From contig CP169074.1 of NCBI GenBank assembly GCA_041891055.1, forward strand, positions 1,408,001-1,472,000: DNA of 64,000 bases, read 5' to 3'. This DNA comes from Halorutilales archaeon Cl-col2-1. Its GTDB lineage: Archaea > Halobacteriota > Halobacteria > Halobacteriales > Afararchaeaceae. How positions within the stretch are numbered: position 1 is the first letter of the stretch; each line of letters opens with the position of its first letter. Below the pieces are notes generated by a model, which searched no databases, was not told the origin of the DNA, and saw only the letters and a program-made list of their open reading frames with translations. Positions 19,703 through 29,468 of the stretch are shown in pieces. The translations under genes were made by a program, and so were the position numbers.

Positions 19703-20741
19703 CGCTGATCACCCCGGTTTCGTCGTCGTCGAAGAGACGGTCTTTCGTCGCGAGAGCGACACGGACGAGACCCAGCATCACGGGAACCTCGATCAGAGGT
19801 CCTACGACCGTCGCGAGGGCGACGTTCGATCCTATTCCGAATACTGCGACCGCAACCGCTATCGCTAGCTCGAAGTTGTTCGACGACGCCGTGAAGGCGA
19901 CACTCACACTCTCGGTGTAGTCGAAGTCGAGTGCGGCACTCACGAGGTATGCGATGCCCCAGATTCCGACGAAGAATATCAGGAGGGGTAGAGCTATCAG
20001 ACCTATCTCACCCGGATGTCTGACTATGTACTCGCCCTTGAGTGCGAACATGATTACTACCGTGAAGAGAAGCCCGAGGAGACCGAGGGGGCTGATACGT
20101 GGAACCACCTTCTCGTAGTAGGCGCGTCTGCCGATCCTTCGGAAAGCGACTTTCTGTGTGAGGTATCCGAGGGCGAGCGGAAGTCCGAGGAAGACGAACA
20201 CCGTCTGGGCTATGAGTGAGACGGTTACGTCGACGGCGGTGTCGTGGAGAAACCTGAGGAAGAGGAAGGCATAGGGCACGAACAGAAGTATCTGGAGAAG
20301 GCTGTTGACACCCACACAGACCGCACACATCTCCTGGTTTCCAGAGGCTAGGTCGTTCCAGACGAGAACCATCGCTATACACGGTGCTATTCCGACTATT
20401 ATGAGACCCGTGGCGAAGTCGGGATATCCCGAGAGGAAGTAGGTGGCGAGACCGTACATGACGAAAGGAGCTATCAGCCAGTTGAACGTGAGTGTCAGAC
20501 CTATCTCACGTCTCGACTTACGCGTCACGAGAGGGACTCGTCCGTACTCTATCTCCGCCATTATGGGATAGATCATCACGAAGAGACCGAGGGCTATCGG
20601 AAGGCTCGTGCCGTGCCACGTCACGGCGTTTAGGAGGTCGGCGACCCCCGGGAAGAGACGTCCTATTCCGACCCCGGCTACCATAGCGAGACCTATCCAG
20701 AGGGTCAGGTAACGGTCGAGTATGTTTAGGCTGTCGCTCAT
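19692..20741 (-). CDS. acr3: ACR3-family arsenite efflux pump
   Basis: LDRYLTLWI, APCIAMVLVW, SNNFELAIAVA, GPLIEVP. Confidence 0.93.
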   Translation of the reverse strand: MSDSLNILDRYLTLWIGLAMVAGVGIGRLFPGVADLLNAVTWHGTSLPIALGLFVMIYPIMAEIEYGRVPLVTRKSRREIGLTLTFNWLIAPFVMYGLATYFLSGYPDFATGLIIVGIAPCIAMVLVWNDLASGNQEMCAVCVGVNSLLQILLFVPYAFLFLRFLHDTAVDVTVSLIAQTVFVFLGLPLALGYLTQKVAFRRIGRRAYYEKVVPRISPLGLLGLLFTVVIMFALKGEYIVRHPGEIGLIALPLLIFFVGIWGIAYLVSAALDFDYTESVSVAFTASSNNFELAIAVAVAVFGIGSNVALATVVGPLIEVPVMLGLVRVALATKDRLFDDDETGVISVVG

Positions 20742-21139
20742 CTCTCAGCCTCACTGTCGAGGGCTCCGAGAAGCGACTCCCCAAGCCGGGTGGCTGTGTA
20801 GAAACGCCATCTCCCCTCACGTCTTCTCTCGACGAGACCAGCGTCTGTGAGATCTGAGAGTGCGTGGCTCACACCGCTCTGACTCACGTCGACTACGGGC
20901 TCAATCTCACAGACACAGAGGTCGCCGTCCGACTCGTCTAGGAGACGGAGTATACGGTGACGCGTCGGGTTTCCGAGTGTCGAGAGTGCATTTAGGTCGT
21001 CGGGGTCGGTTCTGTCCTCGGCAGACTCGGAGAGTCTCTCAAGCTCTTCGAGTCTCTCTCCGACGTCGGCGTCACAGACGTCGTCACGACACGACTCGAT
21101 ATAACGGCTCAGACGTTCGTGTTCGGGCTCTGACTCCAT
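20738..21139 (-). CDS. arsR: ArsR/SmtB metalloregulator
   Basis: LCVCEI box, VSQSGVSHAL HTH; first gene of ars operon. Confidence 0.9.
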   Translation of the reverse strand: MESEPEHERLSRYIESCRDDVCDADVGERLEELERLSESAEDRTDPDDLNALSTLGNPTRHRILRLLDESDGDLCVCEIEPVVDVSQSGVSHALSDLTDAGLVERRREGRWRFYTATRLGESLLGALDSEAER

Positions 21140-21142
21140 CGA

Positions 21143-21158
21143 ATGAATATATGTTCAT
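21143..21158. promoter_or_regulatory. Candidate ArsR operator
   Basis: Imperfect palindrome ATGAATAT/ATGTTCAT immediately upstream of the arsR ATG. Confidence 0.55.
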
Positions 21159-21176
21159 ACGGACATAAGTGTTGGG

Positions 21177-21575
21177 TCAGAGGTCGGTCTCGATTCCGTA
21201 CTCCTCCAGCTTCTCGCGCGTCTCACGTCTGTCCTCCCTCTCGCTCTCACGCGTCCTTCCTATGAGACGTCTCCACTCCGACCTGGGCCAGTCGCCGAGA
21301 TGGGTTCTCTCTATGTCTACGGCGGCGGAGTGGGAGACACCGAGTGCGACGAGTAGGCTGACGGCTTCGTCGTCGGAGAGTCCGAACTCCTCGACGACTT
21401 CTTCGAGGCTCCAGCCTTCGAGTTGACCGTCGGTAGCTGATCTCAGAGCGGCGTGAATACGTGAGAAGACGTGTCGACAGCCACAGATGTCACAGACTCC
21501 GTCGTCGTGGATCCAGTCCCGGAGACTTCTCTCGGCTCCACAGCCGGCGCAGTCTATGGCGTTGTCGAGCCTCAT
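21177..21575 (-). CDS. Hypothetical Zn-finger protein
   Basis: CAGC...CDICGC; 4 nt downstream of mscS. Confidence 0.6.
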   Translation of the reverse strand: MRLDNAIDCAGCGAERSLRDWIHDDGVCDICGCRHVFSRIHAALRSATDGQLEGWSLEEVVEEFGLSDDEAVSLLVALGVSHSAAVDIERTHLGDWPRSEWRRLIGRTRESEREDRRETREKLEEYGIETDL

Positions 21576-21579
21576 TCCA

Positions 21580-22395
21580 TCAGTCCATCTCGCGCGCGAC
21601 CCCCTTCTCGAAGACCTTGTAGTTGGGGATCACGTACTCGTTTTCTCCGTCGTCTATACGTGTCGTGAATGTGTCTATCTCCTGTACGACGCCCTCGACC
21701 TCGCCGACGTGGACTGTGTCACCTATCTGATAGGGCTGTGTGAGGAGGAGGTAGATACCGCTTGCCGCCGACCTGAGAAGTGAACGGGTCGCGACAGCGA
21801 CGAAGAGTATCACGCCGAAGAGGTAAGACGCGAGGAGTATGTAGAGTGCAGTCGTCGAGACGCCTATCTGGCTCAGAGCCATAAGAGACGCGACGAAGAA
21901 GACGGTGTACTTGACATACGACGGTATAAAGGAGACCTCGGGAAGCTTGACGTCTTCGAGCTTCTCTGTGACGAGCGTCTCCGCCTTGTCTCCGACTACG
22001 GCACCGACGACAAGTATCAGAATGGCGACGAAGAGACGTGGTATCAGAACCGAGATGGGGAGGAGGACGTCTGTGAGAAGACTCTGAAGCCGGAGTATCT
22101 CTATCGCGGTCACGACGCCGCCGAAGTAGATGAACCACGCGACCGACCTAGCTATGACCTCAACGGTTCCCATCCCTAACGACTGCATGCTTCTCTCGAA
22201 CGAGGTACCCTCTGCGAAGTCGTCGACACCGAGTCTACATCCGATACGTAGAAGGAGACGTTCGACGGTGTATCCGAGAATAATACTGATAACTACGACT
22301 ACGGCAGCGTCGACGGCTCTGACCCTCAGGAGGCTGGCTACGTCCTCGGGGCTTATCTGAGCCGGGAGAAGTACATACTGTAGATCCGGAATCAT
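21580..22395 (-). CDS. mscS: Small-conductance mechanosensitive channel
   Basis: TM helices, PYQIGD.V...EGVVQEI..F.T, IPN. Confidence 0.85.
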   Translation of the reverse strand: MIPDLQYVLLPAQISPEDVASLLRVRAVDAAVVVVISIILGYTVERLLLRIGCRLGVDDFAEGTSFERSMQSLGMGTVEVIARSVAWFIYFGGVVTAIEILRLQSLLTDVLLPISVLIPRLFVAILILVVGAVVGDKAETLVTEKLEDVKLPEVSFIPSYVKYTVFFVASLMALSQIGVSTTALYILLASYLFGVILFVAVATRSLLRSAASGIYLLLTQPYQIGDTVHVGEVEGVVQEIDTFTTRIDDGENEYVIPNYKVFEKGVAREMD

Positions 22396-22399
22396 CGTA

Positions 22400-23179
22400 T
22401 CAGTACTCCTCAGGGTCTAATTCGAGGACGAGTTCGCCGCTCTTGAAGACCCTCACGAGCCTGTCGCTCTCGCTCAGGACTACCGAGACGGCATTGGTGT
22501 CACGCGTCACCGACGCAGCCGCCATGTGTCGTGTCCCGAGACCCTTGGGTATGTCTATTCCCTCGGCGTCGGCTTCGAGGTAACGGTAGGCACTCACAAT
22601 CTTCCCTGAGTCGGATATCACAAAGGCTCCGTCGAGGCGCGAGAACTCCTTGAGCATCACGTCGACTATCGGATCGCCGACGTGTACGTGTGACTTCTCG
22701 AACGGGTTATACGACAGTGGACGTGACTTTGACATGACCTTACCCGCGTCGCCTATCACGAAGAGCGCGCCCACAGGCTCTCCCTTCTGACCCTTCTTTC
22801 CGAGCTCGACTGCGAGCTCTATGACGTCTCTTATGACGCTCGGGTCGGGCTTCGAGTTCATGAAGAGACCGTAGAGACCCGTCTGCATCGACTCGGTAGC
22901 CTCGACACGTGTGACCGTGTCAGTGGTTCCGAAGACTCCGTCTATACACGCGACGTAGTCGCCCTCGTCGACGTGTCCCTCCTCGAGACAGCCTCCTATC
23001 CCGAACCTCAGACGGTCTTCGAGTCTGTCGAAGTCGAGTGGAAGCTCGACGTCTCCGTCGTCACCCACCTTCACGACGTCGACGTCTGTCTCCTGCTCGA
23101 CGTCTATCTTCGCGGGCGTGAAGACTAAGACAGCAGAGATGTCCGAGACTAGGTCTCCGACGAACTCATCGAGATCCAT
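22400..23179 (-). CDS. dacZ: Diadenylate cyclase DacZ
   Basis: DAC motifs SRLDGA and GLGTRHMAA; ATG at 23179. Confidence 0.92.
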   Translation of the reverse strand: MDLDEFVGDLVSDISAVLVFTPAKIDVEQETDVDVVKVGDDGDVELPLDFDRLEDRLRFGIGGCLEEGHVDEGDYVACIDGVFGTTDTVTRVEATESMQTGLYGLFMNSKPDPSVIRDVIELAVELGKKGQKGEPVGALFVIGDAGKVMSKSRPLSYNPFEKSHVHVGDPIVDVMLKEFSRLDGAFVISDSGKIVSAYRYLEADAEGIDIPKGLGTRHMAAASVTRDTNAVSVVLSESDRLVRVFKSGELVLELDPEEY

Positions 23180-23277
23180 GTTATGTTTAAGACGACTCAC
23201 GGACGCGAAAAAAGGCTTACGGGTACGAAGGCGAGATGTTTGAACAGTTTTATAGGTTTTTGAGAGGAGTAACAAGT

Positions 23278-23661
23278 ATGACAACTGAACAGAGAGAGGT
23301 CAGAGATCTCCAGGAGGGCGGCTATGTCATGATCGACGACGAGCCGTGTGTCATAAACAGCATCTCGACGTCTAAGCCCGGAAAGCACGGTAGTGCGAAG
23401 GCGCGCGTTCAGGGACGTGGCGTCTTCGACGACCAGAAGAGGGAGTTCGTCCAGCCCGTCGACGCGAAGATACGTGTTCCCATAATAGAGAGGAAGGACG
23501 GACAGGTCGTGTCGAGAACGAGCGAGGACATCGTACAGGTCATGGATCTCGACTCGTACGACACGATAGACATGAAGATTCCCGAAGACATGGAGGTCAG
23601 TGAGGGTGAGACTATAATCTTCCTCGAAGGAATGGGTCAGAGACGTGTAGTCGAGGACTAG
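23278..23661 (+). CDS. eif5a: Translation factor aIF-5A
   Basis: SKPGKHGSAK hypusine motif. Confidence 0.96.
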   Translation: MTTEQREVRDLQEGGYVMIDDEPCVINSISTSKPGKHGSAKARVQGRGVFDDQKREFVQPVDAKIRVPIIERKDGQVVSRTSEDIVQVMDLDSYDTIDMKIPEDMEVSEGETIIFLEGMGQRRVVED

Positions 23662-23692
23662 CTACGATACATCCGTTAGCTGAGTTTTTAAA

Positions 23693-24523
23693 ATGAGATT
23701 CGCCGACGCTGACGACGAGTACGGGGAGTCGGAGTTCGTAATAGCAGGGATTCCACTCGAAGCCACGGTCTCGTTCAGACGAGGGACGGCTTTCGGACCT
23801 CAGAGGACACGTGAGGCGTCTTACGGCTTCGAGCCCTACCTTCAGAGATACGGTGTGGGTCTGGATGAGATCGGCGTACACGACTACGGCGACTTGGACG
23901 TCTGGAACTCGCCCGAGGAGGTGATCGGGTTCGGAGAGGACGTCATCGAGGGCTTTGTCAACGACGGTAAGACTCCCGTACTTATCGGGGGCGAACACAC
24001 AGTATCTCTCGCAGGAGTGAGGGCTACTCAGCCCGATGTCTTCGTCTCGATCGACGCACATCTCGATCTCAAGGACGAGTTCGAGGGGAGCCGTTACAGC
24101 CACGCGTGCGTTACACGGAGGACGTTGGAGGAGGAGGTAGACGCCGTCGTAGTCGGGGCGAGGGCAGGTTCGAGACAGGAGTACAGACGTGCCAACGAAG
24201 ACGATGTCAGAGTAGTTACCGCGGACGGATTCAGCTTCGAGAAGGTCGAGGAGGCTCTCGAAGGCTACGACAGACCCTACATCTCTGTCGACCTCGACGC
24301 TCTCGATCCGGGTTACGTCCCGGGTGTTGGAACTCCAGAGCCCTACGGTCTCGAACCCCGAGAGGTTAGAGACGTTGTCGAAGACACTGCATCGGAGTAC
24401 GACGCCGTGGGATTCGATGTCGTCGAGGCGTGTCCGTCACACGGATCGGGAGAGGCTTCTCTTCTCGGGGCTAAGCTTCTCCGCGGCTTCGTGGGAGCGT
24501 CTGTGTCACAGTCTCAGCCTTAG
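23693..24523 (+). CDS. speB: Agmatinase
   Basis: GGEHT, DAHLD, DLDALDP...GTPEP. Confidence 0.9.
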   Translation: MRFADADDEYGESEFVIAGIPLEATVSFRRGTAFGPQRTREASYGFEPYLQRYGVGLDEIGVHDYGDLDVWNSPEEVIGFGEDVIEGFVNDGKTPVLIGGEHTVSLAGVRATQPDVFVSIDAHLDLKDEFEGSRYSHACVTRRTLEEEVDAVVVGARAGSRQEYRRANEDDVRVVTADGFSFEKVEEALEGYDRPYISVDLDALDPGYVPGVGTPEPYGLEPREVRDVVEDTASEYDAVGFDVVEACPSHGSGEASLLGAKLLRGFVGASVSQSQP

Positions 24524-24590
24524 GTCTTCGTTCTCACACCGAACCAAAGCCGAATAGTTTACAAAGACGAGTACGAATAGAGTAACAAGA

Positions 24591-24764
24591 ATGCCGATAA
24601 AGCCAGCCTACATCAAGAAAACCGGAAGAGAGCTCCTCGACAGGTATCCCGAGGTGTTCACAGCTGACTTTGAGACGAACAAAGAGAAGGTAGAGGAACT
24701 CACGAACGTCGAGTCGAAGGACGTACGTAACAGGATAGCGGGCTACATAACCAAGCACGTCTGA
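24591..24764 (+). CDS. rps17e: 30S ribosomal protein S17e (57 aa, absent from ORF track)
   Basis: Manual translation [57 protein letters not shown]. Confidence 0.93.
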   Translation: MPIKPAYIKKTGRELLDRYPEVFTADFETNKEKVEELTNVESKDVRNRIAGYITKHV

Positions 24765-24799
24765 GGGGCGGAGACACGGCTACCTAAACAGAAGACACC

Positions 24800-25498
24800 T
24801 TGACTCTAGACATATCTGAGCTACTCGAAGGTAACCAGAGCCACGTCGAGAATTTCGAGGGTCGTTTCGACGATGTACAGGAGTCACAGAGCCCCGACTA
24901 CGTCACTGTCTGTTGTTCCGACTCACGCGTCTTACAGGACGCGGCGTGGAGTAACTCGACTCCCGGGAAGATCTTCACGTGCGGAAACATAGGTAACCGC
25001 GTCGCGCAGGAGACACCGAAAGGTGAGGTGGTCTCGGGAGACGTCGTCTACCCCCTTGCACATACGGATACGGGGACAGCAGTTGTGATGGGACATACGG
25101 GCTGTGGCGCGGTGACCGCGGCGTACAACAGCATAACTGACGGCTTAGACGAGGATGAGCCCGACGGCATAGAACACTCGGTGAGTCTGATAGAACATGA
25201 CCTCGAAGAAGATGTCGAGAGGCTCCCCGGCGACATCGACGACGACGAGGCTGTCAACAGGCTGGTTGAGAGGAACGTCGACACACAGGTCGAGAAGCTG
25301 ATGGAGAGCGAAGACGTCCCAGACGACGTCGATGTCGTGGGCTGTGTCTATGACTTCCAGGACGTCTACTCCAGCCAAAGAGGTAAGATTCACGTCATAA
25401 ACGTCAACGGAGACAAGGACATCGAGAGTCTGAGAGACGACTATCCCGGGATAGACGACACGGACACGGTTAGGCGTCTTACCTCCCCGGGTCAGTAG
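24800..25498 (+). CDS. Beta-class carbonic anhydrase
   Basis: CSDSR and HTGCGAV zinc motifs; start uncertain (TTG). Confidence 0.88.
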   Translation: MTLDISELLEGNQSHVENFEGRFDDVQESQSPDYVTVCCSDSRVLQDAAWSNSTPGKIFTCGNIGNRVAQETPKGEVVSGDVVYPLAHTDTGTAVVMGHTGCGAVTAAYNSITDGLDEDEPDGIEHSVSLIEHDLEEDVERLPGDIDDDEAVNRLVERNVDTQVEKLMESEDVPDDVDVVGCVYDFQDVYSSQRGKIHVINVNGDKDIESLRDDYPGIDDTDTVRRLTSPGQ

Positions 25499-27044
25499 AC
25501 GAGTCCGACCCGCGCGACTGAGCCTGAGACTCGTACGCTGCGACGCTCTCCTCGGCGACATCGGGCGTCACACCTCCGTGTTCGGTCTCCCTCTGTCTTA
25601 TTCCTACGAGAACAGGTGTGTTAATGAAGCTTCCCGCGAGAACCGCCTGTCCGGTCGTGAGACCCGGGAGGTCACGTATGAGATCCTCTCCCGCCGACTC
25701 AACGGTTCTCTCTATGGCGTCCTGGTCGACACCGTTTCTGACTTTCATTATCACGGATGAGTTGCACTGAGACAGGACGTCCTCGTCGAGGCGTGACGGA
25801 CGCTGTGAGACGACAGCGAGACCCACACCGAACTTACGTCCCTCGCGCGCTATCTCCTGTAACAGATCACGCGTCTTGAGATCCCTCTCCGAAGGAGCGA
25901 AGTTGTGTGCCTCCTCGATGAAGAGAGTAACCGGGATGTCGATAGTGTTAATCTCGTCTATTCCGGGGTTTCTCTTCTTCCGCATCGCCCTCTTACGTGC
26001 TTCGAGTATACGTCTCGTGAAATGCCAGAGTATGAGGTTCCTCTCCAGCTTTCCCGCCCCCGACGGAAACTCGACTATGTTACACATCCCGGGAACACAC
26101 AGATCTTCTATCGGGGTCTCCTCGTCGGCGCGGAGAGACTGGAAGTCGAGGAGGGATTCGAGACGCCAAGCCACCGACGCGTCGAGCTCGTCCGACGGGT
26201 TGAGCTTCTCTATCATGTCCCCGACAGAGTAGTTAGTCCTGACCTCATCCCTCCACGGCTCCGTCTGTGAGGGATCGCCGAGGTCGAGAGTACGCAGAAG
26301 CTCCCTGAGACGTTCGCGCTGGAGGCTAGTCATCTCCTCGGGGAAGGCGACGTCGAGATCCTCGACGCCGAGGCTGGATATCTGTATCTTCGGCTCGGCT
26401 ATGTGATTGAAGGCGTCGCCGTACCTCTCGTCGTCAGCGAGTGTCGAGTACTCGGCGTGTATGTCGAAGACGACAGAGGTTCCCCTGTTGTGAGGCTTAG
26501 CCATCTCCTCTAAGAGGACACCGACTGTGTAGCTCTTACCCGCTCCCGTACTCGCGAGTACGCTGAGGTGCTTAGTGGCTATCTCGTCCATGTCTACGTC
26601 TATCTCGACCGCATCCCCGGGGCGGTTGAGAAGGCTTCCGACGCGGAGGGTTCCCTTCTCCTTCTCGGGAGATATAACATCGGAGAGGAACGAGTCGGAG
26701 GTCAGAAAGACGTCCTGCCCCATAGCGGGCGGACTCCTGAGATTCTGGAAGCTTCCGAACTGTCTGTCGTACTTTCCGAGAACCCTCGCTGTCGCGCGGT
26801 GACCGTGGCTCGACCTGAAGAGGTCGAGGTCGTCATCGGGTATATACCTCGACATCGCGTCTATGATCTCATCTGACGACTCGACACGGTCTCTCTGTGT
26901 CACGCGGCAGAGTATATTGTCGCCCTCGTGGTCGTAATGCACGAACTCTCCCACCTTGACGTCGACGGCGTGAGGGGTCAGGAAGTCGAAGCTCTCCTCC
27001 GTCCTCCCGGGGCCCAAGGACCAGCCGATGACATCCGTGTCCAT
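25479..27044 (-). CDS. HerA-like ATPase/helicase
   Basis: N-terminal HAS-barrel-like region, HLSVLASTGAGKS, IEEAHNFAP, IAREGRKFG, SQRPS. Confidence 0.85.
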   Translation of the reverse strand: MDTDVIGWSLGPGRTEESFDFLTPHAVDVKVGEFVHYDHEGDNILCRVTQRDRVESSDEIIDAMSRYIPDDDLDLFRSSHGHRATARVLGKYDRQFGSFQNLRSPPAMGQDVFLTSDSFLSDVISPEKEKGTLRVGSLLNRPGDAVEIDVDMDEIATKHLSVLASTGAGKSYTVGVLLEEMAKPHNRGTSVVFDIHAEYSTLADDERYGDAFNHIAEPKIQISSLGVEDLDVAFPEEMTSLQRERLRELLRTLDLGDPSQTEPWRDEVRTNYSVGDMIEKLNPSDELDASVAWRLESLLDFQSLRADEETPIEDLCVPGMCNIVEFPSGAGKLERNLILWHFTRRILEARKRAMRKKRNPGIDEINTIDIPVTLFIEEAHNFAPSERDLKTRDLLQEIAREGRKFGVGLAVVSQRPSRLDEDVLSQCNSSVIMKVRNGVDQDAIERTVESAGEDLIRDLPGLTTGQAVLAGSFINTPVLVGIRQRETEHGGVTPDVAEESVAAYESQAQSRGSDSSTDPGR

Positions 27045-27076
27045 AAGAGACCAGAGTGACGCTCGGCGTATATAAG

Positions 27077-27577
27077 TTAGCTCTCGACGTGTCTGACGTC
27101 GAGGTCTACATTTCTGCGTCTCCCCTCCAGGTCGCCGACGACGCGTCTCAGGACACGGCGTCCTTCCTTTATTACGACGGGCTTAGCCAGAGATACGAGC
27201 TTAGACGTCGGTAGGCTCGACAGTCTGTCGGCGTGCTCGGGGTCGTACTCGGCTTCGAGGACGACACGTGTCGCGTCGTCGTAACGTCTGTCTTCGGATT
27301 CGGTGTCTTCGAGAATCCACGAGCCCCAAGCATCGACGTCCTTGGTGATCTCCCAGTCGATACGTTGGTTCTCGACGCGTTGGGTGACAGCCGACCGCGC
27401 CGTGTAACTCAGGAGCCACCACGAGACCGAGATCTCCCACTCAAGAGGATCGTCTCCTACGACGGTGACGTCATCTATCTTGTCACTGTACCTGCCGTAG
27501 TTCTCGAACTCGACGAGGAAGTCGTAGACGTCGCTCCGGGGGGCATAGACGGTAGTCTCGAACTCGACCTTATCCAT
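27077..27577 (-). CDS. SRPBCC (polyketide cyclase/START-like) protein
   Basis: VYDFLVEF..Y.RYS, WW.LSYTARS, IDWEITKD. Confidence 0.75.
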   Translation of the reverse strand: MDKVEFETTVYAPRSDVYDFLVEFENYGRYSDKIDDVTVVGDDPLEWEISVSWWLLSYTARSAVTQRVENQRIDWEITKDVDAWGSWILEDTESEDRRYDDATRVVLEAEYDPEHADRLSSLPTSKLVSLAKPVVIKEGRRVLRRVVGDLEGRRRNVDLDVRHVES

Positions 27578-27644
27578 TAACGTCCATAAGACACCGAGAG
27601 CCAAAAGGGTAACCTTGACGTTGACGACCGAGAAATCCAGTCTA

Positions 27645-28907
27645 ATGACTCTCGACGGGAAGACAGTCGCTTTCGGAGTCACCGGAAGCATAGCCGCCGT
27701 GGAATGTGTCAAGATAATACACGAACTCAGACGCCGCGGCGCGGAGGTTCACGCCGTGATGACCGAGTCAGCGCAGAAGATAGTACACGAGTGGGCGCTT
27801 GAGTTCGCGTCGGGGAACCCCGTCATAACCGAGATCACGGGCGAAGTCGAACACGTCGACCTCTGTGGCACCGTAGAGAGCGACTTCGAGTCGATACGTG
27901 GTTCGGGTTCAGAGACAGAAGAGTCCGGGGCTGAGGTCGAGAGATCTGAGGACTCTTTCAGAGACACCGACGCGAAGGCAGACCTCTTCCTCGTCGCACC
28001 CGCGACCGCGAACACCGTCGGAAAGATCGCAAACGGAATAGACGACACGACTGTGACGACCTTCGCGACGACTGCTCTCGGAAGCGGTCTCCCGGTTCTG
28101 ATAGCACCCGCGATGCACGAGCCGATGTATGACCATCCCGGCGTCATAGAGAACCTCGACAAGCTCGACGACTGGGGCGTCGGTGTGATACCGCCGAAGA
28201 TAGAGGAGGACAAGGCTAAGCTCGCAGACAAGGAGGACATAGCTATGGAGTGTGAGAGGTTCCTCTCGCACGGTCCCCTCGAAGGGAAAAGAGTCGTCGT
28301 CACGAGCGGTAGAACCGAGGAGTCGGTCGATCCCGTGCGTGTACTCACGACACGTTCGTCGGGAAAGATGGGACGTGCTATCGCCGAGGAAGCCTACGTC
28401 AGAGGAGCCGACGTCAGTATCGTACACAACTACGACGACGAGGTCAGGTACGCCGACTCAGTCGATGTCGAGAGCGCGCACGAGATGATAGACGCGGCTT
28501 TGGAGGAGGTCGAGAAGGGCTGTGACATATTCTTCTCCGCCGCCGCTATCTCCGACTACACGGTAGACACGTCCGACTCGAAGATATCGAGCGGAAAGGA
28601 TCTCGTCTTGGACATGGAGAAGGTTCCGAAGCTCATAGACCAGGTCAGGGACGAGGTCCCAGACGCCTACATAGTCGGATTCAAGGCTGAGACGGGACTC
28701 GACGAAGACGACCTCGTGGGAGAGGCGGAGAAGGTCATGGAGAGGGCAAGCCTCGACCTCATAGTAGCGAACGACGCGAGCGTTATGGGTGACGACGACA
28801 CTTCGGTGAGGATCTTAGGTGTCGACGGGGTCGAAACTGAGAGGGGCAGTAAGACCGAGGTCGCCAAACGCATACTCGACGAGGTCGAGGAGTCGCTTGA
28901 AGGATAA
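27645..28907 (+). CDS. coaBC: Phosphopantothenoylcysteine decarboxylase/ligase
   Basis: GVTGSIAA, APATANT, APAMH, DPVR...RSSGKMG, VGFKAE. Confidence 0.95.
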   Translation: MTLDGKTVAFGVTGSIAAVECVKIIHELRRRGAEVHAVMTESAQKIVHEWALEFASGNPVITEITGEVEHVDLCGTVESDFESIRGSGSETEESGAEVERSEDSFRDTDAKADLFLVAPATANTVGKIANGIDDTTVTTFATTALGSGLPVLIAPAMHEPMYDHPGVIENLDKLDDWGVGVIPPKIEEDKAKLADKEDIAMECERFLSHGPLEGKRVVVTSGRTEESVDPVRVLTTRSSGKMGRAIAEEAYVRGADVSIVHNYDDEVRYADSVDVESAHEMIDAALEEVEKGCDIFFSAAAISDYTVDTSDSKISSGKDLVLDMEKVPKLIDQVRDEVPDAYIVGFKAETGLDEDDLVGEAEKVMERASLDLIVANDASVMGDDDTSVRILGVDGVETERGSKTEVAKRILDEVEESLEG

Positions 28908-28952
28908 GGTCTGAAGGCTGAGCTTTAAGTAGGTAGCACCGGAAAAGCCGGT

Positions 28953-29468
28953 ATGGTTATGTCTATAAATCCCCGTGAGTACGACGTCGACGAACTCCGG
29001 GAGGCGGCGAGCCTCGACGAGGCTCTTCTGACACAGAAGGAGGACGGCGAGGCGTATCTCGAAGGTATGCCCGACTCGAAGGCGAAGGAGATCGTCTCTC
29101 TCAAATGGGCTGACTACCTCGTCTCGTCGATGGGTATCAGACGCGCTTACAAGGCTCTCGACCTCTACCTCGACCTCGGCTGGATATCCGACGAGGTCAA
29201 GTCGTCGATGGAGAAGAGGCTACGTGAGGTGGACGGCTCCTCGACGAATGGGGTCAACGAGAAGCCCGTCAAGCTCGTCGAGGAGATCACAGAGACCCCT
29301 TTCATGACCAAGATTCCTTTCGACGAACACATAACGAGCCTCGTATTCATAGCACATCTCGCGGGCGACGACATAGAGGCTTTCCTCAACTCTGTACAGC
29401 CTTTGGAGTCACGTACCAACGTAGAGGTAGTCGATGTCTTTGCGGGCGACAAGGAGGGTGAAAGATGA
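28953..29468 (+). CDS. FlaD/FlaE (ArlD/E)-C-terminal-like protein
   Basis: INPREYDVDELR; YL..MP...W..YLV...ALD.Y..LGWIS; H..SL.FI. Confidence 0.65.
   Translation: MVMSINPREYDVDELREAASLDEALLTQKEDGEAYLEGMPDSKAKEIVSLKWADYLVSSMGIRRAYKALDLYLDLGWISDEVKSSMEKRLREVDGSSTNGVNEKPVKLVEEITETPFMTKIPFDEHITSLVFIAHLAGDDIEAFLNSVQPLESRTNVEVVDVFAGDKEGER

Noticed and set aside
19277-21139. ars operon as a mobile island
   Set aside because: No transposase, integrase or flanking repeats; composition looks like its neighbours
27870-27975. Acidic insertion of about 30 aa in CoaBC
   Set aside because: No intein ends or repeats; probably a low-complexity loop
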